From an uncultured bacterium (GTDB lineage: Bacteria > Planctomycetota > UBA1135 > GCA-002686595): DNA of 64,000 nucleotides. Both the position numbers and the translations under genes were made by a program. Under the pieces are notes generated by a model. That model saw only the letters and a program-made list of their open reading frames with translations, was not told the origin of the DNA and ran no database searches. Location: positions 384,001-448,000 of the forward strand of contig CALSNU010000002.1 of assembly GCA_943787795.1 (NCBI GenBank), given 5' to 3'. Position 1 is the first letter of the stretch, and every line of letters starts with the position of its first letter. Positions 1 through 9,404 of the stretch are shown one piece after another.

Positions 1-546
1 CGGGTAGGTGCGCCGGTAGACGTCCTCTGCCCCCGTATCGAGGCCCGGCAGGCCGCCGGTGATCATCACGCCGGCGAGGCCGTCGGGAGCGGTGGAGAGG
101 TAGTGCACCGCACAGAAGCCGCCGAAGCTCTGGCCTAGCACCGTCCAGCGCTCGACGCCGAGCTCCTCACGGATCGCCTCACAGTCGCGAACGATGGCGT
201 CCGCGCGGAAGCGCGCCAGGTGCTCTGCCTGCGCCGCGGCGCCGCTGATCGCGGTGATGTTCTCCGGAGTCTGGGGGGTGCTCCGTCCGGTCCCCCGCTG
301 ATCCAGCAAGAGGACCCGATAACGCTCGATGGCCTTGCTCAACCACCCGCCGGACGCGAGCGGACGCGGGCTCTCGAACCCCGGGCCGCCCTGGAGGAAG
401 ACGAGCCACGGGCGGTCGCGGTGCGCCCCGTCCCCCGAGAGGACCTCGCGGCCGAAGACCTCGATCGCTCCGCCCGCAGGGTCGTCGTGATCCAGGGGCA
501 GGCGGAAGAGGTGGTCCTCGAAGTGGAAGCCGGGGATGCGATACAT
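1..546 (-). CDS. Proline iminopeptidase-like alpha/beta hydrolase (3' end runs off the window)
   Basis: Manual translation from ATG 546: MYRIPGFHFEDHLFRLPLDH...WLVFLQGGPGFESPRP...LLLDQRGTGRS...VLGQSFGGF (nucleophile elbow GxSxG). Not in the ORF track because it is truncated. Confidence 0.85.
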   Translation of the reverse strand, partial: MYRIPGFHFEDHLFRLPLDHDDPAGGAIEVFGREVLSGDGAHRDRPWLVFLQGGPGFESPRPLASGGWLSKAIERYRVLLLDQRGTGRSTPQTPENITAISGAAAQAEHLARFRADAIVRDCEAIREELGVERWTVLGQSFGGFCAVHYLSTAPDGLAGVMITGGLPGLDTGAEDVYRRTYP

Positions 547-606
547 GGGAGAGGAGCGGCCCGCGAGAGGCGGCGCTGCGCCGACAGTATGACCGGCCCG
601 CGAGGA

Positions 607-1806
607 TCAGGTCCGAGAAGCCTCTCCCTCGGCCACCAGCCCCGCCGCGAGGCGCTCGTAGTCCGCGCGGTCATTGTAGACCTGAGCCGAGATCCGGACC
701 CAACGCCGACCCTTGACGGGCCAGTGCACGATGGGCACCTCGACCCGATGCCGCTCGAAGAGGGCGAGCTGAAGGGGATCCACCCGCCCGCTGGGCGGGG
801 CGTCTGCGGTGGAGGCTGGGAGCGGAAGCGTCACGAGGGAGCCCCGCATGGAATCCGGCGCCGGAGGCTGGACCCCGAGGGCCTCGCAGAGGATCCCCTG
901 GCCCTCGAGAACCAGGGCTCGGTTGTGGGCTCGCACCGCGGGGAGGCCACCAGGCAGGACCCCCTCCAGGAAGTCGATGGCGCTGGGCACCGCGAGGAGC
1001 GGGGAGGGGTCGAAGGTGCCGGTCCAGTCAAACTCTGCGATGAAGCGCGAGCGGCCGGGAGCGGGGGTGTTCGCCGCGTGGCTGATGACGCACGGGCGGA
1101 CCGAGCCCTGGAGCTCGGGGCGAACGTGGAGGAAGCCCGAGACCTTGGGGCCGCACAGCCACTTGTGCAGGTTGCCCGTGGTGTAGTCCGCGCCGACCTG
1201 CTCCAGGTTCATGGGGAGCATCCCGGGCCCGTGGGCCGCGTCCACCAGGGTCCGGATGCCCCGCGCCCGGGCCGCTCGGACGATGTCGTCCACCGGCAAG
1301 ATCAGCCCGGTGGGGCTGGTGACGTGGTCCACCAGCAAGAGCCGCGTTCGCTCGCAGCACGCCGCAGCGATCGCCGCTGCCGCCTCGGCGGGGTCCTCGA
1401 TGGGAAAGGGGATCTCGGCCACCGAGACCTCCGCCCCCGCGCGCTCGGCCACGTAGCGCGCCGCGTTGCTGCAGGCGTTGTACCCGTGGCTGGTGATGAC
1501 GATGCGGTCGCCTGCCTCGAGCTTGAACGAGCGCAGCACCGCGTTGACACCGTCGGTGGCGTTGCGGACAAAGGCGAGGTCCTCGGCGGGACACCCGAGG
1601 AGGCCCCCGAGGCGCGTCCGCACCGCGTCCAGCTTCCCGTAGAGGCTGCGCTCCGGCGCGAGATAGTGGATGGGATCCCGCTCCTGAGCGTCCCGCTCTC
1701 GCCGCTGGGCCTCGAGCACCACGTGGGGCGCCGCGCCGAAGGAGCCGTGGTTCAGGAAGGCAACCTCAGGATTGAGGCTCCAGTGTCGAGCGAGCGTCTG
1801 ATTCAT
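607..1806 (-). CDS. Class V PLP-dependent aminotransferase (isopenicillin-N epimerase / cysteine-S-oxide lyase-like)
   Basis: Motifs FLNHGSFGA, DHVTSPTG, VDAAH, GNLHKWLCGPK (PLP Lys), WTGTFD, RISAQVYN. Confidence 0.85.
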   Translation of the reverse strand: MNQTLARHWSLNPEVAFLNHGSFGAAPHVVLEAQRRERDAQERDPIHYLAPERSLYGKLDAVRTRLGGLLGCPAEDLAFVRNATDGVNAVLRSFKLEAGDRIVITSHGYNACSNAARYVAERAGAEVSVAEIPFPIEDPAEAAAAIAAACCERTRLLLVDHVTSPTGLILPVDDIVRAARARGIRTLVDAAHGPGMLPMNLEQVGADYTTGNLHKWLCGPKVSGFLHVRPELQGSVRPCVISHAANTPAPGRSRFIAEFDWTGTFDPSPLLAVPSAIDFLEGVLPGGLPAVRAHNRALVLEGQGILCEALGVQPPAPDSMRGSLVTLPLPASTADAPPSGRVDPLQLALFERHRVEVPIVHWPVKGRRWVRISAQVYNDRADYERLAAGLVAEGEASRT

Positions 1807-2591
1807 CGGGTCCAGGTGAGGTGGGCGATCAGCGGGATGTGGTCCGAGCAGCGGAAGGAGTCCATCCAGGCCGCGTGGACCGGTACGAGGCCCCGGACGA
1901 AGAGCCGGTCGAGGTGCAGGCGGTGGTCCAAGCCCAGGGTCTCCCGCGCCTTGCGCAGCGGGATCCGGCCCTTGGTCCCCCCCGGGAAGTCCGGAGCGAC
2001 CTCCTCCAGATCGAGGGCGTGAGCGAGGTCCTGGACCGCCCCCATGCGTCGGTCGTTCCAGGTATTGAAGTCACCCGCGACCACCACCGGCCCGCGGAGG
2101 TGAGCCACCCGCTCCCGGAGCTCGCCCAGCTGTCGCGCCAGCTGACGTCCGGTGGGATCAAAGTTCAGCCCGTGGACGTTCACGAGGCACAGCTCTCGAC
2201 CGTCGCTGAGGGGGAGCTGAGAGATCAGCGCCGCCTTGGGCGTCAGGAGGCGCAGCTCGCGCTCGGAGGAGCGCACCCGGTGGGCCGTCCGAACCGCCGC
2301 GCGAGCGACGGTCATCACGCCCTCCTCCGGGCCCACGAGGCCGCGACGGAAGCTGGTGGCGTGGTGACCGGCGAACCCGACGGGGATTGGCAGCTCCGGG
2401 CGCGCCTCCTGCAGGGCCAGCACGTGGGGGGCGCGCTCCTCCACGAGGCGCCCGAGCTCGGCTGCGAGGCCAGGGTCCAGGGCCTTGTGGATGTTCCACG
2501 AGACCACGCACAGGTCCTCGTCCGTGCGAATGAGCGGCTCGGAGCGGCCGGCCTGGAGACCGACGGGCGTCGCGTCAGCCTCACCCGGCAT
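1803..2591 (-). CDS. Endonuclease/exonuclease/phosphatase (EEP) family protein
   Basis: SWNIHK, LALQE, VAGDFN, LDRLF, SDH motifs. Start overlaps the topA stop (TGATG); stop overlaps the next start (ATGA). Confidence 0.85.
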   Translation of the reverse strand: MPGEADATPVGLQAGRSEPLIRTDEDLCVVSWNIHKALDPGLAAELGRLVEERAPHVLALQEARPELPIPVGFAGHHATSFRRGLVGPEEGVMTVARAAVRTAHRVRSSERELRLLTPKAALISQLPLSDGRELCLVNVHGLNFDPTGRQLARQLGELRERVAHLRGPVVVAGDFNTWNDRRMGAVQDLAHALDLEEVAPDFPGGTKGRIPLRKARETLGLDHRLHLDRLFVRGLVPVHAAWMDSFRCSDHIPLIAHLTWTR

Positions 2592-5380
2592 CACGACTCG
2601 TCAGCGGCTCCCTCGTTGGCGGCTCCCTCGTTGGCGGCTCCCTCGTTGGCGTCGCTGGCGTTCGCGGCCTTCTTGCGCGTGGGCGCCTTCTTGGAGGCCT
2701 TCTTCTTCGAGGTCGACTTCTTGGCGGCCTTCTTCTTGGTCGTCTTCTTCTTGGCGGCCTTCTTCTTCGCGGCCTTCTTCTTGGTCTTCTTCTTCTTGCC
2801 CTTCTTCTCGCGCTGCACCGCGAGCAGCTCGAGGGCGTGGTCCACCGTCAGCGACTCGGGGTTCTCCATGTCGCGCGGCAGGGAGGCGTTCACCTCGCCA
2901 TCGCTCACGTAGGGGCCGTAGCGCCCCTTCAGGAGCTTGATCGAGGCGCCGTCGAGGGCCTCGACGTTCTCGAAGACCTTGATGGGCTCGGGCGTGGAGC
3001 GGCCACGCCCCTTCTTCTCCTGGGCGAGGAGCGCGAGGGCTCGCTCGTTCGTGATCGAGAGGAGGTGATCCTCCGCTTCGAGGCTCCGGGTGTCCGCGCC
3101 GCGCTTGATGTACGGGCCGTAGCGACCGTTATGGGCGAGGATCTCCACGCCGTCCGCGTCCGTCCCGAGGTTCCGCGGGAGGGATGCGAGGGCGATGGCC
3201 ACCTCGAGATCGACGTCCTCGACGCCCATGCCCTTCAGGAGCGAGACCATCTTGGGCTTCTCCTTCTTGTCCTCGGTCTGGTCGCCGAGCTGGACATAGG
3301 GCCCGTAGCGGCCGGTCTTGATGTAGATCGGCAGGCTGCTCTCGGGGTGGTGGCCGATGGGCTCGTCGCCCTTGGCCTTGGCCGCCAGGATCTTCTCGGC
3401 GAACTCCACCGTGACCTCGTCGGGCGCGGTCTCATCCGGGAGCGGAGCGGTGGTCTCACCGCGCTGGAGGAACGGGCCGTAGCGGCCGACGCGGACGATG
3501 ACGTCCTCACCGTCGGCGTTCTTGCCGATGGCGATGGAGCACACCGTACGCGGGTCGATGTCCTCGGCCTTCTCCTCGAGCATGGGGCGCAGCCCGGGGG
3601 AGACGTCGAGGCCGCTCTCATAGAACTTCCGCAGGTACGGGAGCATCTCGTCCTCGCCGCGGGAGATCGCGTCGAGGGCGGCCTCCATGGAGGCGGTGAA
3701 GCTGGGGTCGATCAGGTGACCCATGTGCTGCTCCATGAGCGACACCACGGCGAAGGCCGTGAAGGTCGGCACCAGGGCCGACCCCTTCTTGAAGGTGTAG
3801 TCGCGCCGGAGAATGGTGTCGATGATCGAGGCGTAGGTGCTCGGACGACCGATCCCCTCTTCCTCGAGCATCTTCACGAGGGTCGCCTCGGTGAGCCGCG
3901 CGGGCGGCGAGGTGTGGTGCTCCTCGGCGGAGATCTCGGACCCCTTCGCGGTGTCGCCCTGAGCGACCGGCGGGAGCACGGTCTCCCGCTCGGCGAGCGC
4001 GGAATCAGGGTCGTCGGCGCCCTCGACGTAGGCCCGGAGGAAGCCGGGGAAGTCGATCACGTTGCCGTTGGCCTGGAAGACGGCCTGGATCGTCCCATCC
4101 GCCTCGCCGACCTTGAGCACCATGCGGCGCCCCTTGGCGTCCTTCATCTGACAGGCGAGCGTGCGCTTCCAGACCAGGTCGTAGACCTTCGCCTCGTCCT
4201 CGCCGAGCACCTTGCGGATCTCGGAGGTCGGCACGATCTTGTCGCCCGCCGGGCGGATGGCCTCGTGGGCCTCCTGCGCGTTCTGGACCTTGCCCTTGTA
4301 CATGCGCGGCTTGTCCGGGAGGAACTCGGCGCCGTACGTGGACTCGACCGCGTCCCGGGTCAGCTCGATGGCGAGCGTCGAGAGCGTCACCGAGTCGGTC
4401 CGCATGTAGGTGATGAAGCCGTTCTCGTACAGCCGCTGGGCGGCCCGCATGGTGCGCTTCGCATCGAAGCGGAGCTTGCGGTTCCCCTCCTGCTGGAGCG
4501 TGGAGGTCGTGAAGGGCGGCGAGGGGGTGCGGGTGAAGGGCTTCTCCTCGGCCGAGATGACCTTGAAGTCGCCGGCGTCCAGCTTCTCCCGGAGCGCCTT
4601 GGCCCCCGCCGAGTCCAGCAGCGTCACGTCATCGCGCTTCAGCTTGCCGGTGTCCGGGTCGAAGTCCTTGCCGCTCGCGACGCGCTTGCCGCCGAGCGAG
4701 TTCAGGCGAGCCTCAAACTCCTTGCCTTCGCCGTCGCCGCTGGTCGCGGTGAAGCGCGCCGTGAGGTCCCAGTACTCCGCGTCCACGAAGCGCATGCGCG
4801 CACGCTCGCGGTCCACGATGATCTTCGTGGCGACGCTCTGGACCCGACCGGCCGAGAGGCGCGGCTTGATCTTGCGCCAGAGGATGGGCGATACCTCGTA
4901 GCCATAGAGGCGGTCGAGGATGCGTCGACTCTCCTGGGCCTCGACCATGTCCTTGTCGATCTCCCGGGTGTCCTGGAGGGCCTCAAGGACCGCGCCCTTG
5001 GTGATCTCGTGGAACACCATGCGCTCGTAGGGGACCTTGAGCCCGAGCACCTCGACGAGGTGCCACGAGATCGCCTCGCCCTCACGATCCTCATCCGTCG
5101 CCAGCAGGACGCGGTCGACATCGGAGAGCATCGACTTCAGCTCGGAGATCTTCTTCTTCTTCGCCGGCTGGACAACGTAGAGCGGCTTGAAGTCGTCCTC
5201 GACGTTGACGCCAAGCCTTGCCCACTTCTCCTTCTTGAACTTGGCGGGGATCTCCGCCGCGTTCGCCGGGAGGTCACGGATGTGCCCGACGCTCGACTCG
5301 ACGATGAAGTCCTTACCCAGGAACTTCTTGAGGGTCTTCGCCTTGGTGGGCGACTCGACGATGACGAGGGTCTTGGACAT
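2591..5380 (-). CDS. topA: DNA topoisomerase I (type IA) with C-terminal repeats and Lys-rich tail
   Basis: LVIVESPTKAK, GHIRDL, ATDEDREGE, SAGRVQS, GFITYMRTDS (catalytic Tyr), GIGRPSTY, repeated GRYGPY/F modules, KKKAAKKK tail. Confidence 0.97.
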   Translation of the reverse strand: MSKTLVIVESPTKAKTLKKFLGKDFIVESSVGHIRDLPANAAEIPAKFKKEKWARLGVNVEDDFKPLYVVQPAKKKKISELKSMLSDVDRVLLATDEDREGEAISWHLVEVLGLKVPYERMVFHEITKGAVLEALQDTREIDKDMVEAQESRRILDRLYGYEVSPILWRKIKPRLSAGRVQSVATKIIVDRERARMRFVDAEYWDLTARFTATSGDGEGKEFEARLNSLGGKRVASGKDFDPDTGKLKRDDVTLLDSAGAKALREKLDAGDFKVISAEEKPFTRTPSPPFTTSTLQQEGNRKLRFDAKRTMRAAQRLYENGFITYMRTDSVTLSTLAIELTRDAVESTYGAEFLPDKPRMYKGKVQNAQEAHEAIRPAGDKIVPTSEIRKVLGEDEAKVYDLVWKRTLACQMKDAKGRRMVLKVGEADGTIQAVFQANGNVIDFPGFLRAYVEGADDPDSALAERETVLPPVAQGDTAKGSEISAEEHHTSPPARLTEATLVKMLEEEGIGRPSTYASIIDTILRRDYTFKKGSALVPTFTAFAVVSLMEQHMGHLIDPSFTASMEAALDAISRGEDEMLPYLRKFYESGLDVSPGLRPMLEEKAEDIDPRTVCSIAIGKNADGEDVIVRVGRYGPFLQRGETTAPLPDETAPDEVTVEFAEKILAAKAKGDEPIGHHPESSLPIYIKTGRYGPYVQLGDQTEDKKEKPKMVSLLKGMGVEDVDLEVAIALASLPRNLGTDADGVEILAHNGRYGPYIKRGADTRSLEAEDHLLSITNERALALLAQEKKGRGRSTPEPIKVFENVEALDGASIKLLKGRYGPYVSDGEVNASLPRDMENPESLTVDHALELLAVQREKKGKKKKTKKKAAKKKAAKKKTTKKKAAKKSTSKKKASKKAPTRKKAANASDANEGAANEGAANEGAADES
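2604..2648. repeat. Three exact 15-bp tandem copies (gcggctccctcgttg) encoding ANEGA repeats at the TopA C-terminus
   Basis: Direct reading of the sequence. Confidence 0.9.
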
Positions 5381-5472
5381 GGGTGGGGAGAGTGGTCCAG
5401 GGCGTCCGAACCAAAGGCGGCTCGGGGTCTGGGGAGGGGCGGCGCTTGGCGTCTATATACACGAACCTGGCA

Positions 5473-5607
5473 GGCGCCCCTTTCGACTGGCGGAAGGGGC
5501 GCCCCCGTGGATGGAGGCGCGGGAGTCTAGCGCTCCTTTCGTCCTCGGGGGGTCCATCTCTCCTGTGGACGGAAACCAGTGGCTTTTCTCCCTCGCTCGC
5601 CTGGAAC
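5473..5607 (+). ncRNA. Candidate ZMP/ZTP (pfl) riboswitch in the folE2 leader
   Basis: GACUGGCGGA (5485-5494), hairpin GGGG-CGC-CCCC (5496-5506) followed directly by GUGGA, and downstream loop GCUCGCCUG (5595-5603) able to pseudoknot with GGCG. P1 and P3 stems are imperfect. Confidence 0.5.
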
Positions 5608-5725
5608 TTCGCTCTGGCCTCGCGGCCGGCCCCACCTCAGGCCCGGAATCGAGAAGCGGACGACTCCCGCGCGGGTTCACAAGAGATTGCGCCTCCCTCG
5701 TCGCCATCCCGGCGAAACTTTGACC

Positions 5726-6649
5726 ATGTTCAAGGATTCAGACCTCGTCGACGCGCCCAGCCGCGTCAGTGCCCAGGCTTCCAGTTCCATCCCCATGAGC
5801 GATCCCCGTCGCCTCTCCGAGAGCGCGAGCCGCCCCGAGAAGACCCCCGTTGGCCCGCTAGAAGACGTCCAGGGCCGCGGTGACGTCCGGGGAATCCGAC
5901 TCGAGTGCGCCGGCGTCACGGACGTGCGCTACCCCGCGACCGCGGTCGACCCCGACGGCATCGAGCGCTCAACCATCGTCAAGATGGAGATGTCCGTCGT
6001 CGTGCCGCCCGAGTCCAAGGGCACGCACATGAGCCGCTTCATCGAGATCGTGCAGGCCGACGACCGGCAGCTGGGTCCCGAAGCCGTGCTCCGCATGCTC
6101 CGCGAGATGCAGGGCCGGCTCGACGCCGCAGAGGCGCGGCTCGTCCTCGAGTACCCGATGTTCATGGAGCGCGAAGCACCGGTCTCGAAGTCCAAGGGCA
6201 TGATCGACATCGACTGCGGATTCGTGGGCCTCATCAACGGGGACGAGATCGACCTGGTCCAGAAGGCCGTGGTGACGGTCACCAGCCTCTGCCCCTGCAG
6301 CAAGGAGATCAGCGACTACGGCGCCCATAACCAGCGCGGCGCGGTCACCGTCGAGGTCCGGACCCTCAAGGACAAGAACGGCACCCCCGTCACGCTCCCC
6401 ATGGGCGACCTCATCTTCGCCGCCGAGGAGAGCGCCTCCTGTCGGATCTACCCGGTGCTGAAGCGCCCCGATGAGCGCTGGATCACGATGGAGGCCTACG
6501 AAAACCCGGTGTTCGTGGAGGACATGGTCCGTGGCGTCGCCGAGCGGCTCCAGGCCGACGAGCGCGTCGCCTCCTTCCGGGTCCACGCCCGGAACTTCGA
6601 GAGTATCCACGGCCACGACGCCTTTGCGGAGACGTCCTGGAGCCGCTGA
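5726..6649 (+). CDS. folE2: GTP cyclohydrolase I type B (FolE2)
   Basis: KGTHMSRF, TSLCPCSKEIS, GAHNQR, PVLKRPDE, AYENPVFVEDMVR, NFESIHGHDA. Confidence 0.95.
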   Translation: MFKDSDLVDAPSRVSAQASSSIPMSDPRRLSESASRPEKTPVGPLEDVQGRGDVRGIRLECAGVTDVRYPATAVDPDGIERSTIVKMEMSVVVPPESKGTHMSRFIEIVQADDRQLGPEAVLRMLREMQGRLDAAEARLVLEYPMFMEREAPVSKSKGMIDIDCGFVGLINGDEIDLVQKAVVTVTSLCPCSKEISDYGAHNQRGAVTVEVRTLKDKNGTPVTLPMGDLIFAAEESASCRIYPVLKRPDERWITMEAYENPVFVEDMVRGVAERLQADERVASFRVHARNFESIHGHDAFAETSWSR

Positions 6650-6697
6650 AGGCGCGCCGGTCGGCGGCGGGCGGAATCGAGTAGCTTCTGAGGCGCG

Positions 6698-7681
6698 ATG
6701 ATTCCCCCGCTCCACCGCCCGCGTCGCAGCCGCCGCACCCCGGCGCTGCGTGACCTCGTCCGGGAGACCACCCTCTCGGCCCACGACCTCGTGTACCCGG
6801 TGTTCCTGCACGCTGATGAGGAGGACGTGGACATCGAGGCCATGCCAGGTCAGACCCGTTGGTCCCCCGACGGGCTGCTGCGAATCGCCGAGCAGACGCT
6901 CGAGGCGGGCGTCCGAGCCATGGTCTTGTTCCCCAAGATCGACGACGGCGCGAAGGACTCCACTGCGACCGAGGTCAGCAACGAGGACGGGCTCGTGCCC
7001 CGCTCGCTACGGGCGCTGAAGGCGCGCTTCCCGGAGCTGGTCCTCTTCACGGACGTCGCCCTGGACCCTTACAGCAGCGATGGCCACGACGGGATCGTGG
7101 ACGCCGCTTCAGGGGTCATCCTCAACGACGAGACGGTCGAGGTCCTCTGCCGTCAGGCCGTGGTCCAGGCGCGGGCGGGCGCGGACGTGATTGCCCCCAG
7201 TGACATGATGGACGGCCGCGTCGGTGCCATCCGCGAGGCCCTCGACGCCGAGGGCTTCACGGAGGTCTCGATCCTCTCTTACACCGCCAAGTACGCGTCT
7301 TCGTTCTACGGCCCCTTCCGCGGTGCGCTCGATTCGGCGCCCAAAGAGGGAGACAAGAAGACCTATCAGATGGACCCGGCCAACGCCCGAGAGGCGACAC
7401 GCGAGCTCTTTCTGGATGAGGCGGAGGGAGCCGACATGGTGATGGTGAAGCCTGCGGGCCCCTACCTCGACATCGTGAGAGCCATTCGTGAGGCGACGAC
7501 CCTGCCCGTGGCCGCCTACCAGGTCTCCGGCGAGTACCTCATGATCGAGGCTGCCGCGCGCTCCGGCTGGCTCGATCGCCGGGAGGTGGCCCTTGAGAGC
7601 CTGGTCGGCATCAAGCGAGCAGGCGCCGACATGATCCTCACCTATCACGCCCTCGACGCCGCCGCCTGGCTGGCCGAGTGA
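6698..7681 (+). CDS. hemB: Porphobilinogen synthase (ALA dehydratase)
   Basis: DVALDPYSSDGHDG, APSDMMDGRV, YTAKYASSFYGPFR, MVKPAGPYLD, AYQVSGEY. Confidence 0.97.
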   Translation: MIPPLHRPRRSRRTPALRDLVRETTLSAHDLVYPVFLHADEEDVDIEAMPGQTRWSPDGLLRIAEQTLEAGVRAMVLFPKIDDGAKDSTATEVSNEDGLVPRSLRALKARFPELVLFTDVALDPYSSDGHDGIVDAASGVILNDETVEVLCRQAVVQARAGADVIAPSDMMDGRVGAIREALDAEGFTEVSILSYTAKYASSFYGPFRGALDSAPKEGDKKTYQMDPANAREATRELFLDEAEGADMVMVKPAGPYLDIVRAIREATTLPVAAYQVSGEYLMIEAAARSGWLDRREVALESLVGIKRAGADMILTYHALDAAAWLAE

Positions 7682-7684
7682 GCG

Positions 7685-8293
7685 TCAGGGCGTGAGGATG
7701 CCTGCCTCTCGCAGGAGCCGGGCGGTCGCCAGCAATGGCAAGCCGATGATCCCCGTGTGATCATCACTTCGAATCTGCTCGAAGAGGCGGATCCCCTCGT
7801 CCTCGATGCGGTAGCCACCCGCGCAGTCGAGCGGAGCGAAACGCTCCACGTACGCGGTCGCCTCGGCGCGATCGAAGGGGCGCATGGTCAGCTGCTGACG
7901 GTCGACGGTCTCCAACCGCTCCCCCGTGGCCTCAGACATGAGCACGATCCCGTTCACCAGCGAGTGGGTCCGGCCCGAGAGCTCCATGAGCTGCTCCACA
8001 CAGCGCCCGGAGGTCCCTGGCTTGGTGAGCTGCCGACGCGCCCCGTCCGGCGCCTCCAAGACCCCGACCTGATCAGCGCACAAGAGCCAGCGCGAGCCAC
8101 CCTCCCGCCAGATGGCCTGGGCCTTGGCACGGGCGAGGATGAGCGCGAACTCCCCCGGCAAGGAATGCTCAAATTGAGCATCAAAGGCCCTCTCATCCAC
8201 CTCAGGGGACTCCTGGGTGAAGCTCACGCCAAGCTGCTCGAGGAGCTTGGCCCGATATGAGGACGACGAGCCGAGGACGAGCAGTTGGTTCAA
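7685..8293 (-). CDS. Maf family nucleotide pyrophosphatase (YceF-like)
   Basis: LVLGSSSSYRAKLL, PEVDE, KAQA, CADQV, KPG, LSGRTH, CAGGYRIE, IIGLP. Start taken as TTG 8293 (ATG 8365 is an alternative); the longer ORF-track N-terminus is antisense shadow. Confidence 0.85.
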   Translation of the reverse strand: MNQLLVLGSSSSYRAKLLEQLGVSFTQESPEVDERAFDAQFEHSLPGEFALILARAKAQAIWREGGSRWLLCADQVGVLEAPDGARRQLTKPGTSGRCVEQLMELSGRTHSLVNGIVLMSEATGERLETVDRQQLTMRPFDRAEATAYVERFAPLDCAGGYRIEDEGIRLFEQIRSDDHTGIIGLPLLATARLLREAGILTP

Positions 8294-8368
8294 AAGAGAC
8301 CCTTCGGTGCCTGAAAGAGACCCGCTGATGTAGGGGAAGCCCTCAGTCGGGTAGATTTCAGTCATACC

Positions 8369-9394
8369 ATGAGAACGCCGCCGAACTCCACCGCCGTGCT
8401 CGCGATGGTCGCCACTGCGACGGTCGTCTCGGGAGCCCTCCTTGCCCTCTCTGCGGGCTCCGAGAGCCCTCGAGCCGCGTATGCCGTGGAGAGAACGGAG
8501 ATCGCTTCGGTGACGGTGGACGAGGTCAGCGCGCCCGTGGCGCAGCTCGTGGAGCGCGACACGACGGCCTCCTCGCCCGCGCCGGCCGACTCTTCCAGCG
8601 CCTTCGCGGTCCAGCTGCTGGTGCTCGACGGGGCCACCGGGCTCGTCGTCACGGGTGCCACCGTGACCCTTGGAAGCAAGGTGGAGCGCTTCGAGCCTGT
8701 AGGCCGACTCCCCCTGACGCTGGAGGTCCCGCGTCCTGGCGAGCCCCTGCTGGTTGCCGCCGCCGGATTCGAACCGCGCATCTTCACCGCCGAAGGTGAG
8801 GGACCCCAGGAGGTCCTCCTCTCTCGTCGCACCGCCCTCCGCGGCGTGGTCCGGAACGCCCACGGAGCTCCGCTGCCCCACGCCAAGGTCCAGCTGATCG
8901 TCGACGGCGACGCGGCGAACGCCAGTCCGGATGCCGCCAGCCCGCGCCACGCAACGCTCCGGCGCACGGACGCCCGTGGCGCCTTCACCTTCGACGCCCT
9001 CAGGCCAGGGACCTACCGGACCGCGGTCGAGATCGCTGGCATCACACACCTCTCACAGCCGCGCGAGCTGCGGGAGGGAGAGTGGGCAGAGGCGGACCAC
9101 CGGCTCGTCAGCTCGTCCTCTCTGGTCGTCCAGGTCGACGGCGCCCTCGGCCTCCCCGCCGAGCGTGCCCGGCTCCTCGTTCAGCGCGACGACGGTGAGG
9201 CTCCCCTGACTCGCTACACGGACGACCGTGGCCGGGCCGAGATCCGACCGCTCCCCGCTGGCTCCTACCAGCTCACCGTCCAGAGCGACAAGGGCACCTC
9301 AGACCCGCGCTCGTTCAAGATCAAGGAGGGGGATCAAGGACTCATCGACCTCCGCGTCCAGCTCTCTGCGGCACCGCTCGACCCCCAGCACTGA
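8369..9394 (+). CDS. Membrane-anchored protein with carboxypeptidase-regulatory-like (Ig/transthyretin-fold) domains
   Basis: N-terminal hydrophobic anchor; repeated LRGVVRN..G.PL..A.V, TDARGAFTFDALRPGTY and TDDRGRAEI..LPAGSY modules. Confidence 0.7.
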   Translation: MRTPPNSTAVLAMVATATVVSGALLALSAGSESPRAAYAVERTEIASVTVDEVSAPVAQLVERDTTASSPAPADSSSAFAVQLLVLDGATGLVVTGATVTLGSKVERFEPVGRLPLTLEVPRPGEPLLVAAAGFEPRIFTAEGEGPQEVLLSRRTALRGVVRNAHGAPLPHAKVQLIVDGDAANASPDAASPRHATLRRTDARGAFTFDALRPGTYRTAVEIAGITHLSQPRELREGEWAEADHRLVSSSSLVVQVDGALGLPAERARLLVQRDDGEAPLTRYTDDRGRAEIRPLPAGSYQLTVQSDKGTSDPRSFKIKEGDQGLIDLRVQLSAAPLDPQH

Positions 9395-9404
9395 CCAGCG
9401 ACAC

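Noticed and set aside
607..1806. Beta-lactam (cefD) or ergothioneine (egtE) pathway assignment
   Set aside because: No pathway partner genes in the window; the family is broad
5473..5503. Hairpin as an intrinsic terminator or THF-II (folE) riboswitch
   Set aside because: Lies between divergent genes with no U-tract; sequence motifs fit ZTP better and do not match what I recall of THF-II
2837..5530. 897-aa plus-strand ORF, and similar long ORFs (220-2022, 9342-11291, 26073-28010, 44401-46176, 47871-49466, 56910-59204)
   Set aside because: Antisense shadows of well-supported genes, expected at high GC3; no recognisable motifs
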